A stretch of 64,000 nucleotides of DNA from an uncultured Chloroflexia bacterium (GTDB taxonomy: Bacteria > Chloroflexota > Limnocylindria > Limnocylindrales > CSP1-4): positions 1,665,543 to 1,729,542 of the forward strand of contig CAVUFD010000001.1 of NCBI GenBank assembly GCA_963740825.1, given 5' to 3'. The notes below the pieces were generated by a model. The model did no database searches. It was given only the letters and a program-made list of their open reading frames with translations, and was not told the origin of the DNA. This document shows, one piece after another, positions 26,034 through 37,309 of the stretch. Both the position numbers and the translations under genes were made by a program. How positions within the stretch are numbered: the first letter of the stretch is position 1; every line of letters begins with the position of its first letter.

Positions 26034-26828
26034 CTATGCGGCGGCACCGGTGGCCGGGGCGACCGGCCGGTCGAGGCGCAGAGCGCTGACGCCGAGGGCC
26101 ACCCAGCCCAGCGGGAAGGCGACGAGCGTCACGACGAGAAGGACCTCACCGGCCGGCGACGGGAGGATCCCACCCGTCACCCCGATCAGGGCGGGCACCA
26201 CGAGCAGCGCACCGACCCCGAGCAGAGCGGCCGCGCGGCGTGACAGGGTCCGCGTCAGCCAGGTGGCGAGCGCGAACAGCGACGATCCCACGATCAGCGC
26301 GACGAGGCCGATCGAGGCGATGACCCAGGCGGTCAGGTCGCCGATCACGACCGCGTCGCTGTCGCCGATCACCATCATGGCCGCCCATCCGAACAGGCCG
26401 ACGATCGCACCGACGCACGGGATGACGAACGCCGCCCACGTGAGCAGCGGATGGCGGCGCGACTGGAACGCGCTGAGCCCGATGAGGGCGATCAGCGTCG
26501 CGACGGTCGCCACGACGACCCCGATGCCGATCAAGGCGGCGGCGCCTTCCCGCCCGTCGTTGATGGCGTTCGCGATGAGGGCGAACAGCCAGATCAAACC
26601 GCCGACGACGGCGGCATAGCCGCCAATGCGAAGCGACATGGCAAACCCCTTCTGGTGGTCGGACGCGGCCCCGAGGCCGCGCAGGTGCAGATGCGCGTCG
26701 AGCGCACCGAGGAGCAGGTCGGCCGCATCGAACGGCCCGACCGGTCGCTCCTCGAGCATCGCGGCGAACTCCTCGCCGTAGCGATCGCGCCAGCGCGCGG
26801 GATAGAGGCGGATGAGCAGGTGCGACAT
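26034..26828 (-). CDS. polytopic membrane protein co-transcribed with PadR regulator
   Basis: Internal ATG MSHLLIRLYPARW of ORF 26034..27176. Six or more hydrophobic helices. Lies 14 nt downstream of the padR stop. Confidence 0.6.
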   Translation of the reverse strand: MSHLLIRLYPARWRDRYGEEFAAMLEERPVGPFDAADLLLGALDAHLHLRGLGAASDHQKGFAMSLRIGGYAAVVGGLIWLFALIANAINDGREGAAALIGIGVVVATVATLIALIGLSAFQSRRHPLLTWAAFVIPCVGAIVGLFGWAAMMVIGDSDAVVIGDLTAWVIASIGLVALIVGSSLFALATWLTRTLSRRAAALLGVGALLVVPALIGVTGGILPSPAGEVLLVVTLVAFPLGWVALGVSALRLDRPVAPATGAAA

Positions 26829-26842
26829 TCGGCTCGAGCCCG

Positions 26843-27166
26843 TCAGCCGGCCGACCGGTCGAGCCGCTGGAGGCCGAGCTTCGCGAACGCCGCGAGCTCG
26901 TGCAGCTGCGCCTGGAGGACCGTCGCGCCGGCCCCGGTCAGCCGATACGGCCGACGCCGGTCGACGGGCGGCAGGGCTTCGATGAGTCCGCGCTCCTCCA
27001 GGCGGGCGAGCGCGGCATACAGGGTCCCGGGCCCGAGAGGCTTGCCCGTCGCGGACTCGACGTCGAGCATGATCGCGTAGCCGTGTTTCGGCCCGTCGCT
27101 CAGGCTGACGAGGATCAGCAGGGCCGGCTCGGCGAACCGGCCGAACTCCGGGACTCGAGGCTCCAT
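26843..27166 (-). CDS. PadR family transcriptional regulator
   Basis: LILVSLSDGPKHGYAIMLDVESATGKPLGPGTLYAALARLEERGLI is a canonical PadR winged HTH. Confidence 0.85.
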   Translation of the reverse strand: MEPRVPEFGRFAEPALLILVSLSDGPKHGYAIMLDVESATGKPLGPGTLYAALARLEERGLIEALPPVDRRRPYRLTGAGATVLQAQLHELAAFAKLGLQRLDRSAG

Positions 27167-27186
27167 GGGTCTCCACTACTACGTTG

Positions 27187-27200
27187 CACGATATATCGTG
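27187..27200. promoter_or_regulatory. perfect 14-bp palindrome CACGATATATCGTG upstream of padR (putative PadR operator)
   Basis: Read directly. About 20 nt upstream of the padR start. AT-rich core. Confidence 0.55.
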
Positions 27201-27256
27201 GTGCGTACTATAGGAGGGGCCCGGGTGTTGTCAAGGGGCAATCGCCATCAGCGCTG

Positions 27257-29113
27257 TCAGGCGCCGCGGAGCACCCGCCGCGCGTAGTCCAGCATCAGGG
27301 CGGCGTGGTGGATCGAGAGCTCGTCATCGCCACCCATGTGGCCCGCGTCGAACCACTCGATCTCGACCGGATGGCCGCGCGCCTCGAGCCGCTCGACGTA
27401 GCGCTCGATCGGCCGCGCCGGCGTCCGCGTGTCGTTGCGGCCCTGGATGATCAGGACGGGCGCGCGGACGTCGTCGACGTAGGTCATCGGCGAACCGGCT
27501 CGCATGGCCTCACCGCGCTCGTCCGGCCCCCCGCCGAACAACATCCGCTGGTACGACCGCAGGAGGTCGCTGGAGTCCTCGTAGTTCATCGCCCAGTCGG
27601 CGATGGCGATGCCGGCCATCCCGCCGGCCCACAGGTCCGGCTGGCGACCGAGGCCCAGCAGCGTCAGGTACCCGCCATACGACCACCCGGTGAGCAGGAT
27701 CTGATCGGCAATGGCGATGCCCTGCTCGATGAGCCACGTGCGCGCGGCCGCCATGTCCTCGATCTCGAGCTCGCCCAGCCGTCCCCAGATGGCCTGCTCG
27801 AAGTCGCGCCCGAAGGTCGTGGAACCGCGGTAGTTCAGCGCCAGGACCGCGTAGCCCGCGTCGAGGAACGCCTGCAGCTGCGGATTGAAGTTGGCGAACG
27901 TGGCCGAGGTCGGGCCGCCGTGCGTCTCGAGGATCACCCGGTACGGCGGGTCACCGCTGGGCACCCCGAGCCAGGCCTGCAGCGGCATCGTGCCGTCGAT
28001 GGTCGGGAAGGACACGCTTCGAAGAGCGTGACCCGCGGGCACCTTGCCACTCGCGAGGATCGTCCGCGCCTGCCGCCCGGTCGCCGGGTCCAGGCCGATC
28101 AGCCGCCTGGGCTGGCCGAAGTCCTCCCAGCGACACACGATCTCGCCGCCGTCCGGTCGGAAGTACGAGGTCATGTGGCGCATGTAGCCGAGCACGGCCC
28201 CGCCTGGATGGTCGAGCACCCGGAGCGTGTCCGAGTCCAGGTTCCATACGAGCAGGCGATGCTCGGCCTGGTCGATCCGGCACAGCAGGATCTCCCGGCC
28301 ATCGGGCGACCAGTCGAGGGCGACGACGTCGCCGCCCGGAGCCCCGTCCGGCAGGTCGCGACGCTCGCCCGAGGCCGCGGCCCAGACGAACGCGCGCTCG
28401 CGGCCGGAGGCGTTCGTCGTCGCGACGAGGCGGTGGTCGCCGTCGCCCGGCGCGAACGCGTGGACCAGGATGCTGGTGCCGGGTCCGTCCCACAGCTCCG
28501 GGCCGGGATCTCCGCGGGCCGTGTCGGCCGTGAGGACGCTGTGCTCGAGTCCGGTGGAACGGTGCGCCGACGAGAACGCAACCAGCGATCCGTCCGCGCT
28601 GAGGGCGATCGCCGTCAGGTCGGCCGCCGAGTGGTGGACGGTCTGGAGCTCCCCGACCCGGCCGTCGTTCGCGATCACCGCGATCCGGACGGCGAGTCGG
28701 TCGTCCGACGCGGTGATGAACCCGACCCGGGCGCCGTGCCGGCTGAACGCGATCTGCTCCGAGGCGTACGGGGCGAGCCCCGGGCTCAGGTCGATCGGGT
28801 CACCGCCCGCAGAGGGGATCACCACCCAGTGGCCGATCTCGTCGCCCCCGGTGTCGGCGAGCCACGTCACCCATCGCCCGTCGGGCGAGAGCCTGCCCAC
28901 GATCCGGCCGCCCAGGTCGAAGGTGAGCTGCGTCAGCGCACCCGAGGCGGTGTCCCATCGATACAGTTGCGAGACGCCGCCCTGGTTCGAGGACACGAGG
29001 CCGACGGCGGGCGCGTCGACAGCGATCGCACTGAGCAGGATCGCGGGGGCGCGGAACCGCTGCTCCCACGGGGCGCCGGTGGCGGGCGGCAGGTCGGACG
29101 ACGTCGTGGACAA
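27257..29113 (-). CDS. S9 family peptidase (prolyl oligopeptidase/dipeptidyl aminopeptidase-like; beta-propeller + alpha/beta hydrolase)
   Basis: GWSYGGYLTLLGL Ser nucleophile motif and C-terminal Asp/His. Start placed at an in-frame TTG (LSTTSSDLPPATGAPWEQRF) because upstream ATGs collide with the divergent amidase gene. Start is uncertain. Confidence 0.75.
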   Translation of the reverse strand: MSTTSSDLPPATGAPWEQRFRAPAILLSAIAVDAPAVGLVSSNQGGVSQLYRWDTASGALTQLTFDLGGRIVGRLSPDGRWVTWLADTGGDEIGHWVVIPSAGGDPIDLSPGLAPYASEQIAFSRHGARVGFITASDDRLAVRIAVIANDGRVGELQTVHHSAADLTAIALSADGSLVAFSSAHRSTGLEHSVLTADTARGDPGPELWDGPGTSILVHAFAPGDGDHRLVATTNASGRERAFVWAAASGERRDLPDGAPGGDVVALDWSPDGREILLCRIDQAEHRLLVWNLDSDTLRVLDHPGGAVLGYMRHMTSYFRPDGGEIVCRWEDFGQPRRLIGLDPATGRQARTILASGKVPAGHALRSVSFPTIDGTMPLQAWLGVPSGDPPYRVILETHGGPTSATFANFNPQLQAFLDAGYAVLALNYRGSTTFGRDFEQAIWGRLGELEIEDMAAARTWLIEQGIAIADQILLTGWSYGGYLTLLGLGRQPDLWAGGMAGIAIADWAMNYEDSSDLLRSYQRMLFGGGPDERGEAMRAGSPMTYVDDVRAPVLIIQGRNDTRTPARPIERYVERLEARGHPVEIEWFDAGHMGGDDELSIHHAALMLDYARRVLRGA

Positions 29114-29264
29114 CGCGGGCCTCCAACGGCGATCGGCTGATGATGCGCGCTCGCGCCGCGGTCCGCGCGGCCGGCGGGGTTGACGCGCGGGGTTACATGG
29201 GATGTAGCCCCCCTGCAGCGCGTTCCAGCACCCACCCCACCCAGTCCCGTGGAGGTCACGTGCC

Positions 29265-30989
29265 ATGAGCAGCCCGGTCCGGCGTTCCCTCGTGCTCAGC
29301 ACAGCGTTGTCGCTGTTGCTTGTGTGCACCGCCATCGGCGCGCCAGGCGTCCTTGCCAAGAAGCCGGCGCATGGGCACCTGACGGATACGCGGGTCGCTG
29401 GGATCAATGTCGACGCGACGACGATCCCGCTGCTGCAGGCCCTGATGGACCACCACCGGCTCAAGTCAGTCCAGCTCACCCAGTTCTATCTGCACCGGAT
29501 CAAGAAGCTGAACCCGCTTCTGCACGCAGTGATCACGGTCAGCCCGACCGCCAAGGCCGACGCCAAGGCGGCCGACAAGGCCCGCAAGCGGGGTTCGCAC
29601 CTGCCGCTGCTCGGCATCCCAGTGATCGTCAAGGACAACGTGAACACGACCGGCATGCCGACGACCGCCGGCTCGTGGGCGCTCGCGGGCAGCAGCCCGA
29701 GCGACGCGTTCATCGTCCAGCGGCTGCGCGCCGCGGGCGCCATCATCATCGCCAAGGCCAACCTCTCGGAGTGGGCCAACTTCCGGTCGGCGCCGTCGTC
29801 GAGCGGCTGGAGCGGCATCGGCGGCCAGACCAACATGGCCTATGTCCTCGACCGCAACCCCTGCGGCTCGAGCTCCGGCACGGGCGTCGGCGTGTCCGCC
29901 GACCTCGCGACCGTTGGCGTCGGCACCGAGACCGACGGCTCGATCGTGTGCCCCTCGGGCGCCAACGGGATCGTCGGCATCAAGCCCACGCTCGGGCTGT
30001 GGAGCCGGGCCGGCGTCGTGCCGATCTCGGCCGATCAGGACACGGCCGGCCCGATGACCCGCAACGTCACCGACGCCGCCGTGGTGCTGGGCGCGGTCAC
30101 GGGCATCGACCCGAACGACCCGGCCACCGTGGAGCAGGTGGGTCACGCCCGGACTGACTACACGCCCTTCCTCGACCGGCACGCGCTCGAGGGCGCCCGG
30201 ATCGGCGTCCTGCACGAGGGCACGGTCTTCCCGCCCGGCACGCCCACGCCCGAGATCGACGCGATCATGGCCGACGTCATCGCGACGCTCGAGGACCAGG
30301 GCGCGACCGTCGTCGATCCGGCCGACATCCACCTCGGTCCGTGGGCCGACGCGGAGTTCCCGGCGCTGCTGTGCGAGTTCAAGAGCGACATCGCGAGCTA
30401 CCTGGAGACATACACCGCGCCGGGCTATCCGAAGACGCTCGCCGACCTGATCGCCTTCAACGAGGCCCACACGGACCTGGAGGGTCCGGGCGACGAGATT
30501 CCCTGGAACAACGCCCTGTTCGAGGCCGCCGACGAGACCGGCGGCCGCGACGCCGACTGCGCCGCTCAGCGGGCCATCGCCACCCCCGGCGCGCGCGAGG
30601 CGATCGACGACGCGCTCGCCGAGAACGACCTGGACGCGATCATCGCTCCGACCAACAGCGCGGCCTGGGTCACGGACCCGGTGAACGGTGATGACCTGTC
30701 GCTGTTCGTCGGGTCGTCCGGCCCGTCGGCGGTCTCGGGCTATCCGGACATCACCGTCCCGGCCGGCCATGTCGGTCCGCTGCCGATCGGCGTGTCGTTC
30801 ATCGGCACCCGGTGGGACGAGGGCCGGCTGATCGGGTTCGCCTACGACTTCGAGCAGGCGTCCCGCGTTCGCGTCCCGCCACAGTTCCTGCCAACGCTCG
30901 GGGCTTCGGCCATGCCCGGCCATGGCCACGGGCACCACGACCTCGATCCGGCCGATCGCCAGCAGCGGACCCTGCTGCCGCTCCGATAG
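29265..30989 (+). CDS. amidase (amidase-signature family), secreted
   Basis: Signal peptide MSSPVRRSLVLSTALSLLLVCTAIGAPGVLA. AS-family signature NPCGSSSGTGVGVSADLATVGVGTETDGSIVCPS with Ser-cisSer-Lys triad context. Confidence 0.85.
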   Translation: MSSPVRRSLVLSTALSLLLVCTAIGAPGVLAKKPAHGHLTDTRVAGINVDATTIPLLQALMDHHRLKSVQLTQFYLHRIKKLNPLLHAVITVSPTAKADAKAADKARKRGSHLPLLGIPVIVKDNVNTTGMPTTAGSWALAGSSPSDAFIVQRLRAAGAIIIAKANLSEWANFRSAPSSSGWSGIGGQTNMAYVLDRNPCGSSSGTGVGVSADLATVGVGTETDGSIVCPSGANGIVGIKPTLGLWSRAGVVPISADQDTAGPMTRNVTDAAVVLGAVTGIDPNDPATVEQVGHARTDYTPFLDRHALEGARIGVLHEGTVFPPGTPTPEIDAIMADVIATLEDQGATVVDPADIHLGPWADAEFPALLCEFKSDIASYLETYTAPGYPKTLADLIAFNEAHTDLEGPGDEIPWNNALFEAADETGGRDADCAAQRAIATPGAREAIDDALAENDLDAIIAPTNSAAWVTDPVNGDDLSLFVGSSGPSAVSGYPDITVPAGHVGPLPIGVSFIGTRWDEGRLIGFAYDFEQASRVRVPPQFLPTLGASAMPGHGHGHHDLDPADRQQRTLLPLR

Positions 30990-31039
30990 CGCACCACGGG
31001 CGGCGTGGCGCATGCCGCGCCGCCCTGGGCTCCCAGCGC

Positions 31040-31765
31040 ATGACGATCCGGATGACCACCACGCCGATCATCCTCGTCCCCGGGTTCTGGCTCGGTGCGT
31101 GGGCCTGGGACGAGGTCGTCTCGTTGCTGCGCGCCGAGGGCCAGGACGTCACGGCGCTCACGCTTCCCGGGCTGGAGTCGAGGGACGCCGACCGCTCGTT
31201 GATCAGCTTCGACGACCACGTCACGGCCATCTGCGCGGCCATCGAGGCGGCGGGGGCTCCGGTGGTCCTCGCCGTGCACAGCGCGACCGGCTTCTCCGGC
31301 TACGCCGCGAGCGATCGGGTCCCCGAACGGATCGCGGCGATGGTCTACGTCGACACGACGCCGGGCAAGGGCGCGGTCGACCCGGCGTTCGAGGGCGTCG
31401 AGAAGCCGATGGCATGGGAGGAGATCCAGGCCGAGGAGAACCTCGACGGGCTGTCGGAGGCGCAGCTCGCGACCTTTCGCGAACGGGCCGTCCCGGTGCC
31501 CGGGAGCCTGATCCGCGAGGCGCACGAGTTCACGAACGACGCCCGCCTCGCCATCCCCACCACGATCATCGTGACCGGCTATTCCTCCGAGGCGTACCGG
31601 CAGTACGCGCAGGAGCACCCGGACTGGGCGTTCCTCGCCGGCCTCGGCGAGCTGCGGAACGTCACGTGGGTCGACCTGCCGACCAGCCATTGGCCGATGT
31701 GGTCACGGCCCGCGGAGGTCGCGGCCATCATCGGCGGGGTCGCACGGGGCGTCGCCGCCGCCTGA
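31040..31765 (+). CDS. alpha/beta hydrolase
   Basis: Internal ATG MTIRMTTTPIILVPGFWLGAWAW. HSATGFSGY nucleophile elbow. Confidence 0.75.
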   Translation: MTIRMTTTPIILVPGFWLGAWAWDEVVSLLRAEGQDVTALTLPGLESRDADRSLISFDDHVTAICAAIEAAGAPVVLAVHSATGFSGYAASDRVPERIAAMVYVDTTPGKGAVDPAFEGVEKPMAWEEIQAEENLDGLSEAQLATFRERAVPVPGSLIREAHEFTNDARLAIPTTIIVTGYSSEAYRQYAQEHPDWAFLAGLGELRNVTWVDLPTSHWPMWSRPAEVAAIIGGVARGVAAA

Positions 31766-32143
31766 TCAGCCGGGGTTCTTCGGGAATCCCTGCTTGCGCG
31801 CGGCGTGGAACGCGTCCTTGGCCTCGGTCTCGGCGGCTTCGGCATCGACCACCGCCGAGTCGGCGGCCTGTCGCTGCAACCCCGCCGTGGCGCTGAGGGT
31901 GTCGGCGGCGTCGGCGGTCTCTCGCGCGGCCACGTCGGCGCGCTGCGCGGCCTCGAGGCTCAGCCGCGCGGCCTCGGCCGTCTCGCGGGCAGCGTGCGCT
32001 GCGCGCTGGGCCGCCGCGACCGCCAGCCAGGCGACGCTCGCGGTCTCCGTCGCGGCGGCATGGTCACGCTCGGCGGCGCGCCACTGCGCCAGCAGGTCTG
32101 CCGCCGACCCCTTGCCCAGGCGCTGGCCCTCGGACTCGGCCAT
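31766..32143 (-). CDS. hypothetical Ala/Glu-rich coiled-coil protein
   Basis: 125-aa ORF with ATG start. Repetitive AARETAEAA/AAQRA heptad-like content. Composition could also arise from the GC-rich frame. Confidence 0.35.
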   Translation of the reverse strand: MAESEGQRLGKGSAADLLAQWRAAERDHAAATETASVAWLAVAAAQRAAHAARETAEAARLSLEAAQRADVAARETADAADTLSATAGLQRQAADSAVVDAEAAETEAKDAFHAARKQGFPKNPG

Positions 32144-32268
32144 TCACGCTCCTCTACGCGGCCCCGGTCTTCGGCCCGACACGCGGTCGAGCGTCGCTGC
32201 CGCGATCTTAGCGGTCCGGCACGGGCGGCTCAGGGCCTGATCCTTCGCCCGCCTGGGTGCGGGCGTCC

Positions 32269-32934
32269 TCAGTCGCGGTTCTGGATCGTGGCGACGTCGG
32301 CCTCGTTGCCCTCGGGGTCCGCGAGCACCCACCACATCGGCGCGAACTGTTCGGTCACGAGGCGTCCGCCGGCGTCGATCGCCGCCGCGACGCGGGCCTC
32401 GGCCTGCTCGATCGGCACCCACACGGCGACGTGGATGCGGTTGCGCTGCGGCCGCGCGACGTCCATCTGCTCGAACCAGATCCCGGGCCACCGCCAGCGC
32501 GGATCGATCAGGTCCTCGTCGGGGCTGTCGGGCCGGTACTCGTAGTCCAGCAAGGCCCGCCAGAAGCGCATGACGGCCGGGATGTCCAGCGCATCGATCA
32601 CCAGCAGCACGGATTCGACGGCAGAGGGGTCAGGCGACAGGCCCTGGTCTCGCGCGATCCGCGAGATCTCGCGAGCCAGCTCGAGGTCGCGCGTGCTCAT
32701 GCCCATGTAGTCGTCGGCGGTCGCGACGAGCCGCACCGTCACGCCGTCGTGCCGCAGGTCGATGTCCGGCTGGCGGGGTCCGAGGTCCGGCAGCTCGCTG
32801 ATCGCCTGCACCAGCCGCGCCCCGGCCGCGAACGACCCCGTGCGGACGTACGTGCAGGCCCCGTCGCCGACGACGCGCCAGTCCTCGACGCCCGGCTGTT
32901 CGCGGAACTCGCGTGCCGAGACGCGCTCGATCAT
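32269..32934 (-). CDS. fusion: pterin-4a-carbinolamine dehydratase-like domain + VOC (glyoxalase-fold) domain
   Basis: Internal ATG MIERVSAREFREQPGVEDWRVV (PCD-like). C-terminal VAVWVPIEQAEARVAAAIDAGG...ADPEGNEADV (VOC-like). ATGA overlap with the upstream gene. Confidence 0.6.
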   Translation of the reverse strand: MIERVSAREFREQPGVEDWRVVGDGACTYVRTGSFAAGARLVQAISELPDLGPRQPDIDLRHDGVTVRLVATADDYMGMSTRDLELAREISRIARDQGLSPDPSAVESVLLVIDALDIPAVMRFWRALLDYEYRPDSPDEDLIDPRWRWPGIWFEQMDVARPQRNRIHVAVWVPIEQAEARVAAAIDAGGRLVTEQFAPMWWVLADPEGNEADVATIQNRD

Positions 32935-33905
32935 GCCTCGTTCCCCTTCGCCGCTCGACCGGCCGGCTCCGGCATTCCGCGTCCGTGCCCGGCCCAGCCG
33001 AGCACCCGCAGCGCCCGCAGCGTGTTCCAGTGGCTCGGCCGGCACTCGCCGTCGTCCAGGGCGAAGTGGACCTCGCCTTCGTGGACCGTCTGGAGCGGCC
33101 AGCGGCCGTCGGCCCCACGGTTCCGCTCGACGACCTCGATCGCCTCGGCGATGCGGGGATCTGGCTCGGCATCGGCCGCGCGCAGGTAGTCGAGGCCGCG
33201 CAGCACGTCGTAGTAGTGCCAGGTCGGGAACGCGAACTGGAGCCAGTCGGCGTCGATCACCTCGCCGGTGGACTTGCGTCGGAACAGGCGCCGCTCCAGG
33301 AGGTACTCCTGCCCCCGGAGGCGGGCTGCACGGACGTCGCCCGCGTCGTCGGTCGCCCGCTCGAACTCGAGCAGGCCCTCGAGGACCCGGATCGTCGTGC
33401 CGAACGACGATACCGTCGCGCCGTTCTCGGCCTCGCAGTTCCAGCCGCCGTCGGCGAGCTGCTCCCCGAGCAGCCGGTCCACCAGCGCCCGGACGTCCTC
33501 GCCGAAATATGCGCCAACGGCGACGACGACGCCGTTGATGCACGGCTCGACCTCGCCCGTGAAGAACGCGTTGCCGGCCCACTCGTCGGTTGGATACCCG
33601 CCCTCCCAGGTGACGCGGTCACGCACGAGCTCGATCGCCCGTCGCGCCTGGTCGCTCGTCGGGTCGAGCCCGAGCAGCCGGAGCAGCTCCAGCGTGTGCA
33701 TCGTGTCCGTCCAGTCGTGCGACCAGGCGTTGCCGGCCCACCGACCGTCGTCACCCTGGAGCGCGAGGAGACGGGCACCCCAGCCTTCGGTCGCGACCCT
33801 CGCCCGCTCCGCGGCCACGGTGTCGGCGACTTGGTGCGTGAGGTCGTGCATGACCTGCCAGCGAATGGAAGGGTCGGAGTCGAGCAGCCAGTCGATGACG
33901 TCCAT
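32931..33905 (-). CDS. prenyltransferase/squalene-oxidase-repeat (terpenoid cyclase-like alpha/alpha toroid) protein
   Basis: Repeated QxxDGxW-type motifs (LQGDDGRWAGNAW, QLADGGWNCE, NRGADGRWPLQ). Confidence 0.6.
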   Translation of the reverse strand: MDVIDWLLDSDPSIRWQVMHDLTHQVADTVAAERARVATEGWGARLLALQGDDGRWAGNAWSHDWTDTMHTLELLRLLGLDPTSDQARRAIELVRDRVTWEGGYPTDEWAGNAFFTGEVEPCINGVVVAVGAYFGEDVRALVDRLLGEQLADGGWNCEAENGATVSSFGTTIRVLEGLLEFERATDDAGDVRAARLRGQEYLLERRLFRRKSTGEVIDADWLQFAFPTWHYYDVLRGLDYLRAADAEPDPRIAEAIEVVERNRGADGRWPLQTVHEGEVHFALDDGECRPSHWNTLRALRVLGWAGHGRGMPEPAGRAAKGNEA

Positions 33906-34195
33906 GCGGCGATAGTAGGTGGGCCATGGACAGGACCCGACAGGAATTGCGGCTGCGCCGAACGCGTCGGCGACGAGTACCGACCGCCAGCTCCACTCGC
34001 GCCTCGATCCTGCAGCGGCTGCTCACCCACGATGCGTACCACTGCGGCAAGCTGCCCCAGACGCTGGGTATCGAATGCCTCCCACAGATCGACCGCTGGC
34101 GTCCGGACTGACGAAGCGCCGCGGCGCGACCGACCCACCGGCGGGCCGCGCGGGACGCTAGGCTCTGAGCCGGCTCGCCACCGCCGAGGTCATCC

Positions 34196-34978
34196 GTGCC
34201 GTCAGTCCAGCCCCTCGACAGCGTTCCCATCCTCGTGTTCTTCGTGCTGTTCGCGCTTGTAACGCTCGGCTGCTACGAAGGCGGGTTCCGGATCGGGCGA
34301 TGGATCCAGGACCGGACCGAGGTGGTGGAAGAGGGCCCGACCGGCGTGCTCGTGGGCTCGATCGTCGCCCTGATGGCGTTCCTGCTCGCGATCACGACCG
34401 GCATGGCGTCTGACCGGTTCGACGCCCGTCGCCTCATCGTCCTCGACGAGGCGAACGCCATCCACACGGCATACCTGCGCGCCGGCTACATCGCGGAGCC
34501 GGGGTCCAGCAAGGCCCGGGACCTGCTCGCGGCGTACGCGCCGCTCCGGATCGCGACGTCCGATCCAGTCGCGATCGAGGCAGGCATCGTCCAGTCTGAG
34601 GCGCTCCAGCGCCAGCTGTGGGCGATCGCCGAGGACGCCGCCCGCCAGGACAGCTCGGACGTCACCGCCCTGTTCGTCGAGTCGATCAACGACCTGATCG
34701 CCGTCCACGAGCAGCGAGTCACGGCCGGCATCTACGGCCGTGTGCCACCCACGATCCTGTGGGTCCTCGTCCTGGGCTCGGCGCTCAGCCTCGGCATGGT
34801 CGGCTATAGCGCGGGCCTCACCAACAAGCGGAGCCCCGTCAGCGCCGTCGCGCTGGTGATCGCCCTCGGCGCCGTGCTCACGCTTGCCGTCGATCTGGAC
34901 CGCCCCCGCGACGGGTTCATCGAGGTGAGTCAGCAGCCGCTGATCGACCTCCAGCGACAGATCGAGAACGCGCCCTGA
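34196..34978 (+). CDS. DUF4239-like membrane protein
   Basis: Two N-terminal and one C-terminal TM segments flanking a soluble region. Architecture and motifs (DRFDARRLIVLDEANAI) recall DUF4239. Confidence 0.55.
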   Translation: MPSVQPLDSVPILVFFVLFALVTLGCYEGGFRIGRWIQDRTEVVEEGPTGVLVGSIVALMAFLLAITTGMASDRFDARRLIVLDEANAIHTAYLRAGYIAEPGSSKARDLLAAYAPLRIATSDPVAIEAGIVQSEALQRQLWAIAEDAARQDSSDVTALFVESINDLIAVHEQRVTAGIYGRVPPTILWVLVLGSALSLGMVGYSAGLTNKRSPVSAVALVIALGAVLTLAVDLDRPRDGFIEVSQQPLIDLQRQIENAP

Positions 34979-35004
34979 AGCTCAGGCCATCGTGATCGAG
35001 CGGG

Positions 35005-35598
35005 CTACCCGCCGCCGGCGCTCGGCTTGACGTCCCTCGAAGAGAAGTTGAGCGTGATCGACACGACGTCCCTGGCCGTCTGAACGCTCGACAGGACGAC
35101 GCCGTGCAGCGTCAGGGTCATGGACGCGAAGGTGATCGTCACGGTCTCGAACGTCCGACCATCGGCGGCCGCCGTCCAGAGCCGGGGATCGAGGTCGTCG
35201 GCCTTGAAGGTGACGGTTGCCTCGCCCGCGGTGGACGACTCGGGCTTCGCGGTGCCCGCCCCTCCAGTGCCCCCAGGGCTCGGGGCCTTCCCCTGCTGGA
35301 TCGACATGAGCGGGACCGAGAGGTCCAGGACAGGGATCGACATCGTGCTGCCGCCCGTCGGCGCGCCCGAGTCGGCTGGCTCCGCCGTCGGCGCGCCGTT
35401 GGGTGTGTCGCGCTGGGCCGTGGTCGTTGTGGCGTCCGTCCCCGGAGCCGCCAGAAGCTCAGTCACCGCACGGTTCCCGGCCGTCGCCTGCAGGTCGAGG
35501 ATCGCGGCGTCCGATCCATCGGCCTCGGTCGGTCGCGGCGCCCGCGACTGCCGATCCTCGGACGCCTCGTCCTCGCGGTGACGTCGCTGACGGTCCAC
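35005..35598 (-). CDS. orphan protein with DUF4157/eCIS-toxin-like N-terminal motif and Hcp/tail-tube-like C-terminal domain
   Basis: N-terminal LDLQATAGNRAVTELL motif. C-terminal GGTGGAG...TVTFKADDLDPRLW...TVTITF...LHGVVLSSVQTARDVVSITLNF parallels the Hcp1 GGGGGAGKV...SFTKY...VLVSSVSTGG...ENVTLNF motifs. Confidence 0.5.
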   Translation of the reverse strand: MDRQRRHREDEASEDRQSRAPRPTEADGSDAAILDLQATAGNRAVTELLAAPGTDATTTTAQRDTPNGAPTAEPADSGAPTGGSTMSIPVLDLSVPLMSIQQGKAPSPGGTGGAGTAKPESSTAGEATVTFKADDLDPRLWTAAADGRTFETVTITFASMTLTLHGVVLSSVQTARDVVSITLNFSSRDVKPSAGGG

Positions 35599-35632
35599 GT
35601 CGAGCCTCCTTGAGCGCGCTGACGAGCTTCGG

Positions 35633-37309
<1,677 letters not shown>

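Noticed and set aside
26821-31045. Off-by-one disagreements between hand-read positions and ORF-track arithmetic (e.g. padR stop, 31040 start)
   Set aside because: Most likely my transcription or reading of the printed lines, not a biological feature. Coordinates given follow the ORF track.
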